Part shown: piece by piece, positions 1-9,812 of the stretch
Layout of the letters: the number at the start of each line of letters is the position of its first letter
How positions within the stretch are numbered: position 1 is the first letter of the stretch
Assembly (NCBI GenBank): GCA_965247095.1
Contig: OZ251997.1
Span: forward strand, 800,001-864,000
Origin: Candidatus Multivorans sp.
GTDB taxonomy: Bacteria > Acidobacteriota > Thermoanaerobaculia > Multivoradales > Multivoraceae
Length of the DNA: 64,000 nt
Direction: 5' to 3'
The notes under the pieces: model-generated
The model's input: only the letters and a program-made list of their open reading frames with translations
Told to the model about the DNA's origin: nothing
Database searches by the model: none
Program-made: the position numbers and the translations under genes

Positions 1-1085
1 AGAGCCGCCTGGAGGACGAAGAGCCAGGAGAAGGTGCCGCCCATCATCTGGATACCCAGGGTCTGGCTGTAGCGGTAGATCTCGAGTGCCAGGTAGTAGC
101 CGGCGAAGGGCAGGGGCAGGAACGCGATGATGGCGACGAAGTTGCCGATGTAGCCCATCCAGTCGAAGTGGGCCCGCTCCTCGTCTGTCTTCGCCTGGAG
201 GTAACGGAAGGCGGCGTACGCGGCGGCGATCGAGCCGCCGAACGCGACGTTGGCGATGATCCGGTGGATGTTGATCGGCATCCAGGTGTAGTTGAAGAAG
301 GCGTCTCGGAGGCTTAGCAGGGCACCGCTTTCCGAGACGGCGGAGACGAAGTCCGGGATGCCGTCGCCGTCCACGTCCTCCCGCTTGCCGGGCGACATCA
401 TGAAGGTCAGCCAGGCGTTGGCGATGAACATGATCGCGGTGCCGACCACGTTCAGCATGAAACCGAGGAACAGGTGCATCTTCGGCCCGAACTTGCCCCA
501 GCCGTAGTAGTAGCTGTAGAGGAACAGCGCCTCCAGGAAGAACAGCAGGACGTACGGCAGGAACGTCGGCGAGAAGATGTGCATCAGGTAGTTCGTGAAC
601 TTCGGGTAGAGGATGATCAGCCCGAAGGTCAGGAACGCGCCGAAGGTGGCGGTCATCGAGAACGAGACGCTGAGCAGCTTCGTGAACTCGTACGCCAGCT
701 TGTCGTAGCGCTCCTCCTTGGTGACGTAGCCGACGAACTCGATGATGAAGGCGAACAGCGGCACCGCCAGCACGAAGGCGGCGAACAGCAGGTGGAGCTG
801 CGCCAGCACCCAGACCGTGACCCGGCTGCCGACGAACGGAACCTCGCGGTACTCGGCCTCCACGTAGGGCGTGGCCTTCGCCTCCGCTTCGTCTGCGGCC
901 TGCTCGTCGGCGATGCCCTGCTGACGCGGGGCCGGTTCCGCCTCGCCCAGCGCTTCCGCGGCGGCCACCTGGCGCTCCGGCTGGCGGTACTCGTTGTCCA
1001 CCAGAAAGCCGCCCAGGCGGACAGTGACGATCACCGCCACGAAGGCGAGAACGCCGATGCCGAAGAGGATCTTGTTTCTGCTCAC
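1..1085 (-). CDS. Cytochrome bd-like (CydA-superfamily) integral membrane subunit; 3' end runs off the window
   Basis: Not in the ORF track because there is no stop in the window. Manual translation from GTG at 1085: MSRNKILFGIGVLAFVAVIV...SRVTVWVLAQLHLLFAAFVLAVP...FFLEALFLYSYYYGW...NAWLTFMMSP...WMPINIHRIIAN...FDWMGYIGNF. It has multiple TM helices and CydA-type H, E and HR motifs, and resembles the Nitrospira/Nitrospina bd-like proteins. Confidence 0.8.
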   Translation of the reverse strand, partial: MSRNKILFGIGVLAFVAVIVTVRLGGFLVDNEYRQPERQVAAAEALGEAEPAPRQQGIADEQAADEAEAKATPYVEAEYREVPFVGSRVTVWVLAQLHLLFAAFVLAVPLFAFIIEFVGYVTKEERYDKLAYEFTKLLSVSFSMTATFGAFLTFGLIILYPKFTNYLMHIFSPTFLPYVLLFFLEALFLYSYYYGWGKFGPKMHLFLGFMLNVVGTAIMFIANAWLTFMMSPGKREDVDGDGIPDFVSAVSESGALLSLRDAFFNYTWMPINIHRIIANVAFGGSIAAAYAAFRYLQAKTDEERAHFDWMGYIGNFVAIIAFLPLPFAGYYLALEIYRYSQTLGIQMMGGTFSWLFVLQAA

Positions 1086-1106
1086 TGGCTCTCCGCTGCC
1101 GGGGCG

Positions 1107-1721
1107 CTACTGGCGGGCGTCCCGCTCCGTCTGCAGCGTCCGGCGTTCTTGCTGCAACTCGCGGACGTAGGCGACGACCGCCCAACGATCCTCGGTCTTG
1201 AGCGGGTAGCGGTAGCCCGCCATCAGCCCGGAGCCGTTTGTGATGACGTCGTAGAGGCGGCCGTCGTTGTAGCCGGCGACCCGCTCATCGTGAAGCGACG
1301 CTGTGGGCGTGCCGGCCCGTTCGAACAGGATGCCCTGGCCCGTGCCGCGCTCGTCGTGGCACGGCTGGCAGTAGATCGTGTACCGGCTTCTGCCCCGCGC
1401 CAGGACCTCGTCGGTGACCGGGAGGGGCGAACCGTCCAGAAAATAGCCATCGTCGTCGCGGCCGAAGAGCAGGCGATGGTCGATGTCGAGCTGGCCGCGG
1501 GCCACGGTGCCGGCGACCGGCTGGCGCATCGCCATCCCGTCGTAGAAGAAGCCGCTCGCCTCCTGGGGGTCGTAGCGCTCCTGGTAGTCCATGTTCGGGT
1601 TCAGGTGGATGGGCGGGTAGGGCGACGGCATGCCCCGGCAGCCGAGCAGAAGCAGGGGCGCGGCCAGGACCGCGGACGCGAGCCACCGGTTGCGGCGCCG
1701 GGTTCGAACCGTCTGGCGCAT
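1107..1721 (-). CDS. actE: Monoheme cytochrome c lipoprotein, ActE-like
   Basis: Lipobox LLLLGC, NMDYQERYDPQE, GTVARG, one CQPCH and a distal GLMAGY; directly downstream of actB. Confidence 0.85.
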   Translation of the reverse strand: MRQTVRTRRRNRWLASAVLAAPLLLLGCRGMPSPYPPIHLNPNMDYQERYDPQEASGFFYDGMAMRQPVAGTVARGQLDIDHRLLFGRDDDGYFLDGSPLPVTDEVLARGRSRYTIYCQPCHDERGTGQGILFERAGTPTASLHDERVAGYNDGRLYDVITNGSGLMAGYRYPLKTEDRWAVVAYVRELQQERRTLQTERDARQ

Positions 1722-4700
1722 CAGTGTGCGTCCTCGGTAGCGCCGTGCCCATTGCTTTCGGCGCCGTGGTCATCGGCGGCGGGCGGGGCGGGCACGATGC
1801 TGCGGTTCGGATGGCGGATCTTCGCCAGGTAGGTTGTCCGCGGCTTCGTGTGCAGATCGTCGAGCAGGTTGTAGTTGCGAGGGCTCGTCTTCGCCTCTAC
1901 GACCTGGCTTGTCGCATCCGTGATGTCGCCGAAGCGAATCGCCTCGGCGGGACAGGCCTGCTGGCAGGCGGTGACGACATCGCCGTCGGCCAGAGGCCGG
2001 CCGTCCTGCTTGGCGTCGATCTTGGCGCGGCTGATCCGCTGCACGCAGTAGGTGCACTTCTCCATGACCCCGCGAGAACGCACCGTGACGTCCGGGTTCT
2101 TGCCCAGGTGCATCACCTCGGGGGTGTCCTTGGTGAAGTTGAAGTAGTTGAAACGCCGGACCTTGTACGGGCAGTTGTTCGAGCAGTAGCGCGTGCCGAT
2201 GCAGCGGTTGTAGACCATCGCGTTGATGCCTTCGTCATCGTGGACGGTGGCGGAGACGGGGCAGACCTGTTCGCAGGGTGCGTTCTCGCACTGCATGCAG
2301 GGCACGGGCTGGAAGTTCGTCTGCGGGTCGTGGGGCAGATCGTCGACGAGGCCGTCCGATTCACCCTCGGAGGAGAAGTAGCGGTCGATGCGCAGCCAGT
2401 GCATCTCTCGGCCTTCCATCACCTGTTCCTTGCCGACGATCGGAATGTTGTTCTCGCTCTGACAGGCGATGACGCAGGCGTTGCAGCCCACACAGGCGTT
2501 CAGATCGATCGTCATGCCCCACTGGGGCGAGTCCTTGTAGGTCCACTCGTCCCACATCGAGTTCTCGTGAGGCTTCTCGCTGTGGGCGGTGGCGAAGTCG
2601 GGGTGCTCCTCGAAGTAGTCGAGGGCGGCTTCCCTGACGATCGGCCGACCTTCCATCGAGTGATGGTCCTGGGTCTGCGCCAGGGCGTATGAACCGCCGC
2701 TGGCCTTGAGCGCGCAACGGCCGACGTGGAGGGCGTCCGAGGTGCGCAGCAGATAGGCGTTCCTGCCCGGATTGTGATCCTCGTCGTTGGCGCTGCTGGC
2801 GATCCGGCCGTCGAAGTCCCGACCGTAGCCGAGATCGATCGTCACGGTGTGGTCGGCCTGGCCGGGCACCTGCCACACCGGCAGCTCAAGTTCGCGCTCG
2901 CCGCACGCGACGGTGACCAGGTCCTCGTTCTCCAGGCCGAGGGCCGTTGCGGTGGCCGGGCTGATCAGGGCCGCGTTGTCCCAGGTCAGCTTCGTGATCG
3001 GGTCGGGGAGCTCCTGGAGCCAGCCGTTGTTCGCGAAGCGCCCGTCGAAGACCGCCGCGGAGCAGCGGAAGACGACCTCGAGTTCCTCGCCCTCGACGAC
3101 CGGGTTGGCGGAGTCGCCGGCGGCACGGACCGCGGCGGCGCAGTCTTCGGGCGTGACGGTGGCCAGCTCGGCGGCGGGCGCGGCGCTGCCGTCCTGCACG
3201 CCGTCATGGAGCACCCGGCGCCAGGCGACCTCGAACTCGGAGAGTGCGACGGGAAACGGCAGTGACATGGGATCGACGGGCGGAGCGTCCGCCGCCTCGC
3301 TGTCGTCTGCCGCCGCATCCGTGTCTTCCTGCACCGGCGCCAGGGCCTCGGCGCCGTCGTCGAGCGGCAGCCCGAGCAGTTCGGACCAGGTCTCGCGGAC
3401 CAGGTCGCGGCCCTCCCGCGCCTCGCCGAGAGCGGCCAGCGCCAGCACCTCGACGATGCTCCTGGCGCCGTAGAGAGGCTCGATCAGGGGCTGCACCACG
3501 CTGGCTGTGCCGTCGGTGGCGCGGGCATCCCCCCAGCTCTCGAGGTAGTGGGCGAGAGGAATGTGCCAGCGCGCAAAGGGGCTCGTTTCGTCGCGGTGGG
3601 TACCGAGATGAATGACCGCGCCGGCGCTGTTCAGGTTCTCGACCGCGGCGGCGAAGTCGAGGTCGGCGGGAGCGCTGTAGACCGGGTTCGCTTCCAGGAT
3701 GAGAAGGCGGTCGACGGCGCCTTCGTTCATGGCCGCCACCAGGGCGGCCAGGTCGGCGTCGCTCGAACTGCCGCTGTCCGGCGTCTGGTGGTAGGTCACC
3801 GTGGCGCCGACGTTGCCGAGCGCCGAGTTCAGTGCGTAGACCGCCGCGTGGACTTCCGCCGGCTGGCGATCGCCCGCGACGATCAGGCCGGCGCCGCGAT
3901 GATCGACCAGATCCTGCGCGACCGCCCGCAGCCAGGCGTCGTCGATGTCCGCGGAGGGAGCACCGCCGTCGAGCGGCAGCTCCAGGCCGTGTGCGGCGAG
4001 AGCGTGTCCCAGCTTGGCCACGAAGGCGGCGACCCGGCCACTCTGTACGCGCAGCCGGTGGTCCGCGTTGGCGGACGTGACCGAGTGAACGCCGTCGACG
4101 GCGTAGTGCCGGAGCATCTCCGAGGCGCCGTTGTCACCCGTACGCCGGGCCTTGGCGTAGCCGCGCAGATTGCGGACGCTGTCGCCCTCCGTACTCAGGA
4201 GGTCGGAGTCCAGGGAGAGCAGAACCTGAGTTCGATCCAGGTTGTAGACAGCGTGGTAGCGATCGTCGGCCACCGATTCGAGACCGCGGTCGGCGTTCTC
4301 GTCGCTCACCGGTTGCCAGGTGACCCAGCGCGCCTGGGGATAGCGTTCGAGCAGAGCCGACTTGAGCCGGAGCAGGGTCGGCGACGAGGACGGCTCGGCG
4401 AGGACCGCCAGCCCGGCGCCGTCGGCGGCGGGAGCGAGGTCGCCCTCGGTCCAGGCGGCGACGAAGTCGTCCCAGGACGACGCCTGGTCGCCGAATCGCA
4501 CCGTCTTGGAGCGGTCCGGGTCGTACAGGTCGAGGATGGAGGACTGCGCCCAGACTCCAGACGCACCGCCGGAAGACGGATGGAGTTCGTTCCCCTCGAC
4601 CTTGGTCGGCCTGCCCTCGTGGCTCTCCATGACCAGCCCGAGGACCCGGTTGCCGAACGGCATCGTGGTGGCGTAGGCGAGCGGAATGCCGGGAACCATG

Positions 4701-4969
4701 CCTTCAGGCGCGTCGACGTAGGGAACGATGTGTTCAACCGGGCGGCGGATCACGTCGCAGCCGGTCAAGCCGGCCAGGGAGGCGGTGGAGCCCAGCATCG
4801 CCAGCACGGTTCGCCGGCTGACGCCGTCCTGGAGCAGTTCCGCCGGCGCCTCGGAAGCGCCCTCGGGGAACTCCCGGTGCAGGAAGTCGGTCGCCCGGGC
4901 ATCGCCCTGCACCTGTTCCAGGCTGCGCCAGTAGGTCTTTGCCGGCTGGTGGCCGTTGCCTGCGCTCAT
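1721..4969 (-). CDS. actB: ActB: TAT-exported molybdopterin-oxidoreductase-like domain fused to a 4Fe-4S ferredoxin domain
   Basis: Start reassigned to ATG 4969, an ATGA overlap with the actA stop. Motifs: YWRSL, SRRTVL twin-Arg, lipobox [53 protein letters not shown]. Confidence 0.92.
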   Translation of the reverse strand: MSAGNGHQPAKTYWRSLEQVQGDARATDFLHREFPEGASEAPAELLQDGVSRRTVLAMLGSTASLAGLTGCDVIRRPVEHIVPYVDAPEGMVPGIPLAYATTMPFGNRVLGLVMESHEGRPTKVEGNELHPSSGGASGVWAQSSILDLYDPDRSKTVRFGDQASSWDDFVAAWTEGDLAPAADGAGLAVLAEPSSSPTLLRLKSALLERYPQARWVTWQPVSDENADRGLESVADDRYHAVYNLDRTQVLLSLDSDLLSTEGDSVRNLRGYAKARRTGDNGASEMLRHYAVDGVHSVTSANADHRLRVQSGRVAAFVAKLGHALAAHGLELPLDGGAPSADIDDAWLRAVAQDLVDHRGAGLIVAGDRQPAEVHAAVYALNSALGNVGATVTYHQTPDSGSSSDADLAALVAAMNEGAVDRLLILEANPVYSAPADLDFAAAVENLNSAGAVIHLGTHRDETSPFARWHIPLAHYLESWGDARATDGTASVVQPLIEPLYGARSIVEVLALAALGEAREGRDLVRETWSELLGLPLDDGAEALAPVQEDTDAAADDSEAADAPPVDPMSLPFPVALSEFEVAWRRVLHDGVQDGSAAPAAELATVTPEDCAAAVRAAGDSANPVVEGEELEVVFRCSAAVFDGRFANNGWLQELPDPITKLTWDNAALISPATATALGLENEDLVTVACGERELELPVWQVPGQADHTVTIDLGYGRDFDGRIASSANDEDHNPGRNAYLLRTSDALHVGRCALKASGGSYALAQTQDHHSMEGRPIVREAALDYFEEHPDFATAHSEKPHENSMWDEWTYKDSPQWGMTIDLNACVGCNACVIACQSENNIPIVGKEQVMEGREMHWLRIDRYFSSEGESDGLVDDLPHDPQTNFQPVPCMQCENAPCEQVCPVSATVHDDEGINAMVYNRCIGTRYCSNNCPYKVRRFNYFNFTKDTPEVMHLGKNPDVTVRSRGVMEKCTYCVQRISRAKIDAKQDGRPLADGDVVTACQQACPAEAIRFGDITDATSQVVEAKTSPRNYNLLDDLHTKPRTTYLAKIRHPNRSIVPAPPAADDHGAESNGHGATEDAH

Positions 4970-5613
4970 CGATGGCACCCCGTGCAGTCCTCTGGCGGCG
5001 CGAGGCCGCGTTCCGCGATCGCCTGTTCGGCGAAGGCGTCGTGATCGCCGGTGGGCGTCCAATCCATGTCGGTAACCGCGTCGAGCGGCCGCAGATTCGG
5101 ACCCGGGTTGCGATGGCAGTCGAGGCACCAGCTCATGCTCAGGGGCGCCACCTGGGTCACGACCTCCATCTCATGGACGGGACCGTGGCAGGACTTGCAG
5201 CCGACGCCGGCGCCGACATGGACGCTGTGATTGAAGAACGCGTAGTCGGGCAGGTTGTGGACGCGCACCCAGCGCATGGGCCGACCCTGCGCCGCGCTCT
5301 TGCGGATCGGCGCCAGGAGTTCGCTCTCGCGCGCCGCGACGTGGTGGCAATTCATGCAGACCTGGGTCGGAGGGATGTTCGACACGGCGGACTCCTCGAC
5401 CGAGGCGTGGCAGTACCGGCAGTCGAGGCCGAGCTCGCCGACATGGAGCTTGTGGCTGTAGGGTACCGGCTGCACTGGCCTGTAGCCGACATCGGTGTAT
5501 TCGGGCGAACCGTAGTACCAGACGGCGCCCACCGCCGCGGCGCCCGCGATCGGTAGAGCGGCCGCCACGTACAGCGGCGCCTTGAGAGTCCACTTAGGGA
5601 AGATCTGAGCCAA
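4966..5613 (-). CDS. actA: Pentaheme cytochrome c with N-terminal TM helix, ActA
   Basis: MAQIFP start, QPVPYSHKLH and five CxxCH motifs (CRYCH, CMNCH, CKSCH, CLDCH, CTGCH). Confidence 0.92.
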   Translation of the reverse strand: MAQIFPKWTLKAPLYVAAALPIAGAAAVGAVWYYGSPEYTDVGYRPVQPVPYSHKLHVGELGLDCRYCHASVEESAVSNIPPTQVCMNCHHVAARESELLAPIRKSAAQGRPMRWVRVHNLPDYAFFNHSVHVGAGVGCKSCHGPVHEMEVVTQVAPLSMSWCLDCHRNPGPNLRPLDAVTDMDWTPTGDHDAFAEQAIAERGLAPPEDCTGCHR

Positions 5614-5836
5614 AGTCCGTACCCGGAATACAGCGAATGCAGGGTAGGAAGCCCCCTGCCCGATCCTTGAACGCGCGGAGTGTACAGCGTGCTACCGAGG
5701 TGGTCAAAGGCCGCCGCAAAACCTGTCGCAGGCTCCATGTTTTGCCCCAGCCCCGCCTCGCTAGGATCTCGCGCCGCGGAACTCGCCTCGCTACGTTCTT
5801 CGGCGCGAGGTCCTAGCGCCGAGATAGTGTCGGGGC

Positions 5837-6493
5837 GTGTCCGAAGGCGGTATCCAAGGCGCCCCTGGCGCCGCCCAGAAGCCGCGCCGCGGCTTCCTGA
5901 ACCCCTGGTTTCTGGCTGCTCTCGCGGGCCTCGTCCTGATCCCTGCGCTGCGGCCGCTGCTGCGCATCGAGCCCGATCCGCCGCCGGTTCTGCGGCAGTT
6001 GCCCGAGTGGCGGCTGGTGGACCAGGACGGCGAGGACTTCGGCAGCGCCGATCTTGCGGGCGATGTCTACGTCGCTTCCTTCGTGTTCACCCGCTGCGCG
6101 ACGGTCTGTCCGCGGTTGACGGCGGAGGTCAGCCGGTTGCAGCGCCGCTACCGGGAGGAGGGCGTCGACGGCGTGCGGCTGGTCAGCTTCTCGGTCGATC
6201 CCGAACACGACACCCCGGAGCGACTGCGGGACTACGCCGGGCGCCGCAGCCTCGACCTGGAGCGCTGGCGCCTGGTGACCGGGGGCGAGCAGGAGGTGCG
6301 CTCGATCGTGGTCTCTGGATTTGCCCTGCCCATGGGTGAGCGGATCGATCTCGCCGGCGGCCTGGTCGACGTGGCGCATGCGGCGCGGCTGGTGCTCGTG
6401 GACCGCGACGGTGGCGTCCGCGGGTACTACGGCTCGGACGCGGTCGGCCTGGACGAGATCTTCCACCGCACGCGGCAGATCCTGGCGGAGTAG
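5837..6493 (+). CDS. SCO family copper chaperone
   Basis: N-terminal TM helix, FTRCATVCP (CxxxC), SVDPEHDTPE and a conserved His (VAHAAR). Confidence 0.9.
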   Translation: MSEGGIQGAPGAAQKPRRGFLNPWFLAALAGLVLIPALRPLLRIEPDPPPVLRQLPEWRLVDQDGEDFGSADLAGDVYVASFVFTRCATVCPRLTAEVSRLQRRYREEGVDGVRLVSFSVDPEHDTPERLRDYAGRRSLDLERWRLVTGGEQEVRSIVVSGFALPMGERIDLAGGLVDVAHAARLVLVDRDGGVRGYYGSDAVGLDEIFHRTRQILAE

Positions 6494-6494
6494 G

Positions 6495-6518
6495 GGATCG
6501 CGCCACCCGGGTTTCCAG
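6495..6518. repeat. Partial copy of the REP-like element (3' end)
   Basis: GGATCGCGCCACCCGGGTTTCCAG matches 29891-29914 with one mismatch; lies between convergent genes. Confidence 0.6.
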
Positions 6519-6524
6519 CGGCGG

Positions 6525-7628
6525 TCAGGCTCCGGTTCGGGGCTCCATTCCCTCGATCCACTCCCGGATCAGCGCTACCGCTTCGACATCGACGAGTCCG
6601 CGGCCGAGCTCGGGCATCATGATGCCGGGGTGGGTCGATTCGAGCCGGTAGACAAGGATCGATTCGTCCGGGCTGCCTGGCACGACGCCGTAGAGGCGGT
6701 CGCCGGTGCCCTGGCCGGCCGCGACCGGATGCTTGTAGATGCCGAGTCGGGTCCGGTCGTCATGCTCCGCGCGCAGATCGAGCCCCGACGTGCGTCCGCT
6801 GCCCTTGAGGTTGTGGCAGTGGGCGCAGTTGATGTCGAGCCAGGTGCGGGCGCGTTGGTCGACGGTGCCGGTCGAGGGCTCGTTCCAGACCGGCGCCCGG
6901 GCCGCCTCGGCCGGTGACGGGGCGCCCTCGAGGAAGCCGAGACGCTGCCAGCGGGCGAGCTGATTCTCGGCGCGGCCGGGACCGCCGCCGTCGGTGGCAT
7001 AGACGAACTCCCGGTTCAACTGGCCGGCACGCGGGCCGATCGGCAGCAGGTGCTCGCCGTCCGTGCGGTGACAGGTCTTGCACTGGTTCGTGTTGGGCAC
7101 CCGATAGGTGTGTTCGACTGTCTCGCCGCTGCTATCGACCCAGGAGACGTCGAGGGGACCGCCGACGATCGCCAGTTCCGCCTCGGTCTGTTCCTCGTTC
7201 CAGATGTAGGGCAGCCCGACCCAGCCGCCTTCTTCGTGAATGAGGAGCCGGGTCTCGATCAGCCGCACGCCGGCCGCGTTCTCGCGGAAGTCGGCGGGAT
7301 ATGCGAACGTCTTCACGATGACCGTGCCGACGGGGAACTCGAACGGTCCCGCTGCGCGGTAATGCGCCGGCTGAAGGGCGCCGTCCGGGGCGGTAGGGAG
7401 CCGGACGAAGCGGAACTTCAGCGCGTAGTCGGAGAAGAGAGGCGTGTTCAGGTCGTACGGTTCGACCCCAGGGGCAGGCGTCTGGGTCGAACCGTCGCCC
7501 GCGAAGAGCTCCCAGGCCGACAGCGTCTGCGGATAGCGGTCGAATGGGCCGCCCCCGGCCGGAGAATCACCGCTCGAACAGCCGGAGGCCGCCAGGAGGG
7601 CGACCGCCGGGACGAGCAGCGCCTTCAT
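6525..7628 (-). CDS. Diheme c-type cytochrome lipoprotein (SO2930/TIGR03806-like)
   Basis: Start ATG 7628 overlaps the upstream TGA. Lipobox AASGC, PLFSDYALKFR, FPVGTVIVKTF, IETRLL, CKTCH, CAHCH, MMPELG. Confidence 0.85.
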   Translation of the reverse strand: MKALLVPAVALLAASGCSSGDSPAGGGPFDRYPQTLSAWELFAGDGSTQTPAPGVEPYDLNTPLFSDYALKFRFVRLPTAPDGALQPAHYRAAGPFEFPVGTVIVKTFAYPADFRENAAGVRLIETRLLIHEEGGWVGLPYIWNEEQTEAELAIVGGPLDVSWVDSSGETVEHTYRVPNTNQCKTCHRTDGEHLLPIGPRAGQLNREFVYATDGGGPGRAENQLARWQRLGFLEGAPSPAEAARAPVWNEPSTGTVDQRARTWLDINCAHCHNLKGSGRTSGLDLRAEHDDRTRLGIYKHPVAAGQGTGDRLYGVVPGSPDESILVYRLESTHPGIMMPELGRGLVDVEAVALIREWIEGMEPRTGA

Positions 7629-8989
7629 CAGGGACTGCCGGCGCCCGTCGAGACGCCGAGCGCCGCCAAACGCCTCGCAGGCTCGGAGTTTGGCCCCAGC
7701 CCCCACCTCCCTGGCACTCGGCGCGTCTCCACTTCACTTGTGTGCGTTTCCGCCGCGCCGACTCCCAGGTTGACCGGCTGCGGAACCGCCGGCAGCGCCC
7801 CCTGGTGGGGGCCGAGATCGGTGGTCACGTTCGGCTGACCGCCGGCCAACACGGATCCGAGATCGAGGTTCACGAAGTCCGCGTCTCCGTTGTTCTCGAT
7901 GTACAGGCGGAGTTCGTCCGGCACCGCGCCGTCGACCAGCTTGTCCGGGTTCACAACACCGTCCCACACGATGTCCGGGAAGGCGCCTCCGGCGAGGGCG
8001 ACGAACGCGTCCGCGAAGGCGCCGTTCGGGCTCTCGCCGCCGCCGACGAACTCGTTGTTGTGGATGTAGACGCCTTCGGTGTACGGGTCGTAGCCGGGGT
8101 CGTTGTAGGTGCGCCCGGTGGAGAGGTACGAGATCACCGCCAGGTTCGAGTTCTGGTTGTTGTGGATCCGGTTTCCGAACAGTTCGACATTGTCGCTGGC
8201 CATGACGATGACCCCCGAGCCGGCCGGAATCGTGGAGACGATCGCTCCCTCCTTGCCGAAGTTGGGCAGGTTGTTGTCGGCGATCTCGTTGTCGTAGACG
8301 CGCGCGTCGCGGCCGTCCTTGACCGGAAGCTCGGGCAGGGAGAAGACGAGCAGGCCGCCGGTGTTGCCGTGGGCCCGGTTTTCGTAGACGTCCGCGCCGG
8401 TGGTGTTCTCGATCTCGATGCCGGCCACGTTCTCCCAGACCTCGTTGCGCCGGACGACGACGTTGGCGGACTGGCCGACGTAGATGCCGGCGTCCGAGGC
8501 GCCGCGTACACGGCTGTCCTCGATCAGGACGTTCGTCACCTGAACGGGGTAGAGACCGTAGGCGCCGTTGTTCGTGTCCGGTCCGTTCGTCCACTCGACC
8601 CGCACGCTGCGGAAGGCGGCGCCGGTGGTGCCCTCGACCTTGATGCCGTCGCCGCGCGTGTTCTCGACCGCGAGGTTCTCGACCGTGAAGTCGTCGGCCG
8701 TCACCAGGACCCCCTCGCCGCCGGTGCCCGGCGCCTGGCCGGCGAAGTCCAGGATGGTCTCGTCCATTCCCTGGCCGCGCAGCGTCACGCCCTCGACGTC
8801 GAGGGACAGGGTGGCGTCGAGCACGAAACGGCCGGCGCCGAGCTCGATGACCGCACCTGGCTCCGCGACGAGCAGCGCCTCCTGCAACGTCTTGTGGTCG
8901 TTGGCGCCAGGGCGGAGAGGTCCGTCCTGTTCGGCGCAGGCGACCAGAGCGAGCGCGGCGGCGGCCACGCAGAGATACTGTTTCTTCAT
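7628..8989 (-). CDS. Parallel beta-helix repeat lipoprotein (TIGR03805-like)
   Basis: Lipobox ALVAC, GAYGLYPV, GASDAGIYVGQS, NVAGIEIEN, NTGGLLVFSLP; coupled to the diheme cytochrome. Confidence 0.85.
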   Translation of the reverse strand: MKKQYLCVAAAALALVACAEQDGPLRPGANDHKTLQEALLVAEPGAVIELGAGRFVLDATLSLDVEGVTLRGQGMDETILDFAGQAPGTGGEGVLVTADDFTVENLAVENTRGDGIKVEGTTGAAFRSVRVEWTNGPDTNNGAYGLYPVQVTNVLIEDSRVRGASDAGIYVGQSANVVVRRNEVWENVAGIEIENTTGADVYENRAHGNTGGLLVFSLPELPVKDGRDARVYDNEIADNNLPNFGKEGAIVSTIPAGSGVIVMASDNVELFGNRIHNNQNSNLAVISYLSTGRTYNDPGYDPYTEGVYIHNNEFVGGGESPNGAFADAFVALAGGAFPDIVWDGVVNPDKLVDGAVPDELRLYIENNGDADFVNLDLGSVLAGGQPNVTTDLGPHQGALPAVPQPVNLGVGAAETHTSEVETRRVPGRWGLGPNSEPARRLAALGVSTGAGSP

Positions 8990-9182
8990 GGGTTGGGAGG
9001 GTCTCCGGTTGGTCGTTGGCGGTCGTCGAAGAGGTCGAAGCAACCGCGTCAGAGCGGCGCGGGCGCCGGTTGTCCGGCGCTGCGCGCTGGCTCGATCATG
9101 CCATCATAGTCCTGTCTCCGGGTCTGCAAGGCTGGTTTCGGAGACAGGACCTAGTGTCCTAACCCCAGCAACAGGAGAAGTC

Positions 9183-9731
9183 ATGCAGGAAGAGTCGCTG
9201 AGGCCGAGGACCGGCGCCGGCAGCGCGGCGGCCGGACGGAACGCTCGATCGGTCGTTCTGTGGGTGACCGCGTGCGCCGTCATCTGCATGGCGGGGATCG
9301 CCGGTGCTCAGGACGACGCGCCCGTTCCCGAGCCGGTGCCGATCGGCACGATGAGCGAGCTTATGGTCAAGCTCATGTACCCGGCTTCCGACGCGATCAT
9401 CTACGTGGAGAGCCGGGCGCCGACCAACGAGGTCGAGTGGAACGAACTGCAGGCGCAGGCGCTGCTCCTGGCCGAGTCGGCCAACCTGATCATGATGCCG
9501 AGCCGCGTGGTCGGCGACCGCGACCAGTGGATGCGGGACGCCCGGTTGATGTTCGATGCCGGAGCGGCCGCTTACGAGGCGGCCCTCGACCAGGATCTGG
9601 ACGCGCTGATCGCCCTGAACGAGCAGGTCTACATGTCCTGCGTGGTGTGCCACCGGCGCACCCGGCCCGCCTACGGGCGGAACTACAAGCGCTTCGACGA
9701 GCAGGCGACCGAAGAACCGCGGGTTCCCTAG
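9183..9731 (+). CDS. Exported cytochrome c'-like (class II) protein
   Basis: RBS AGGAG before ATG 9183, signal peptide ending AGA-Q, helical composition and a single C-terminal CVVCH. Confidence 0.7.
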   Translation: MQEESLRPRTGAGSAAAGRNARSVVLWVTACAVICMAGIAGAQDDAPVPEPVPIGTMSELMVKLMYPASDAIIYVESRAPTNEVEWNELQAQALLLAESANLIMMPSRVVGDRDQWMRDARLMFDAGAAAYEAALDQDLDALIALNEQVYMSCVVCHRRTRPAYGRNYKRFDEQATEEPRVP

Positions 9732-9812
9732 TCCGCTGCCCTACGGACCGCCGGCCCCGGACGGCCTGGAAACCGCTGCTACGATGGCTCGTTCATTTTC
9801 TGGAGACCCGAT

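Noticed and set aside
474-1832. 452-aa + strand ORF, and many similar long antisense ORFs (e.g. 23095-25167, 29873-32353)
   Set aside because: Shadow ORFs of well-supported opposite-strand genes, expected in high-GC DNA; no motifs.
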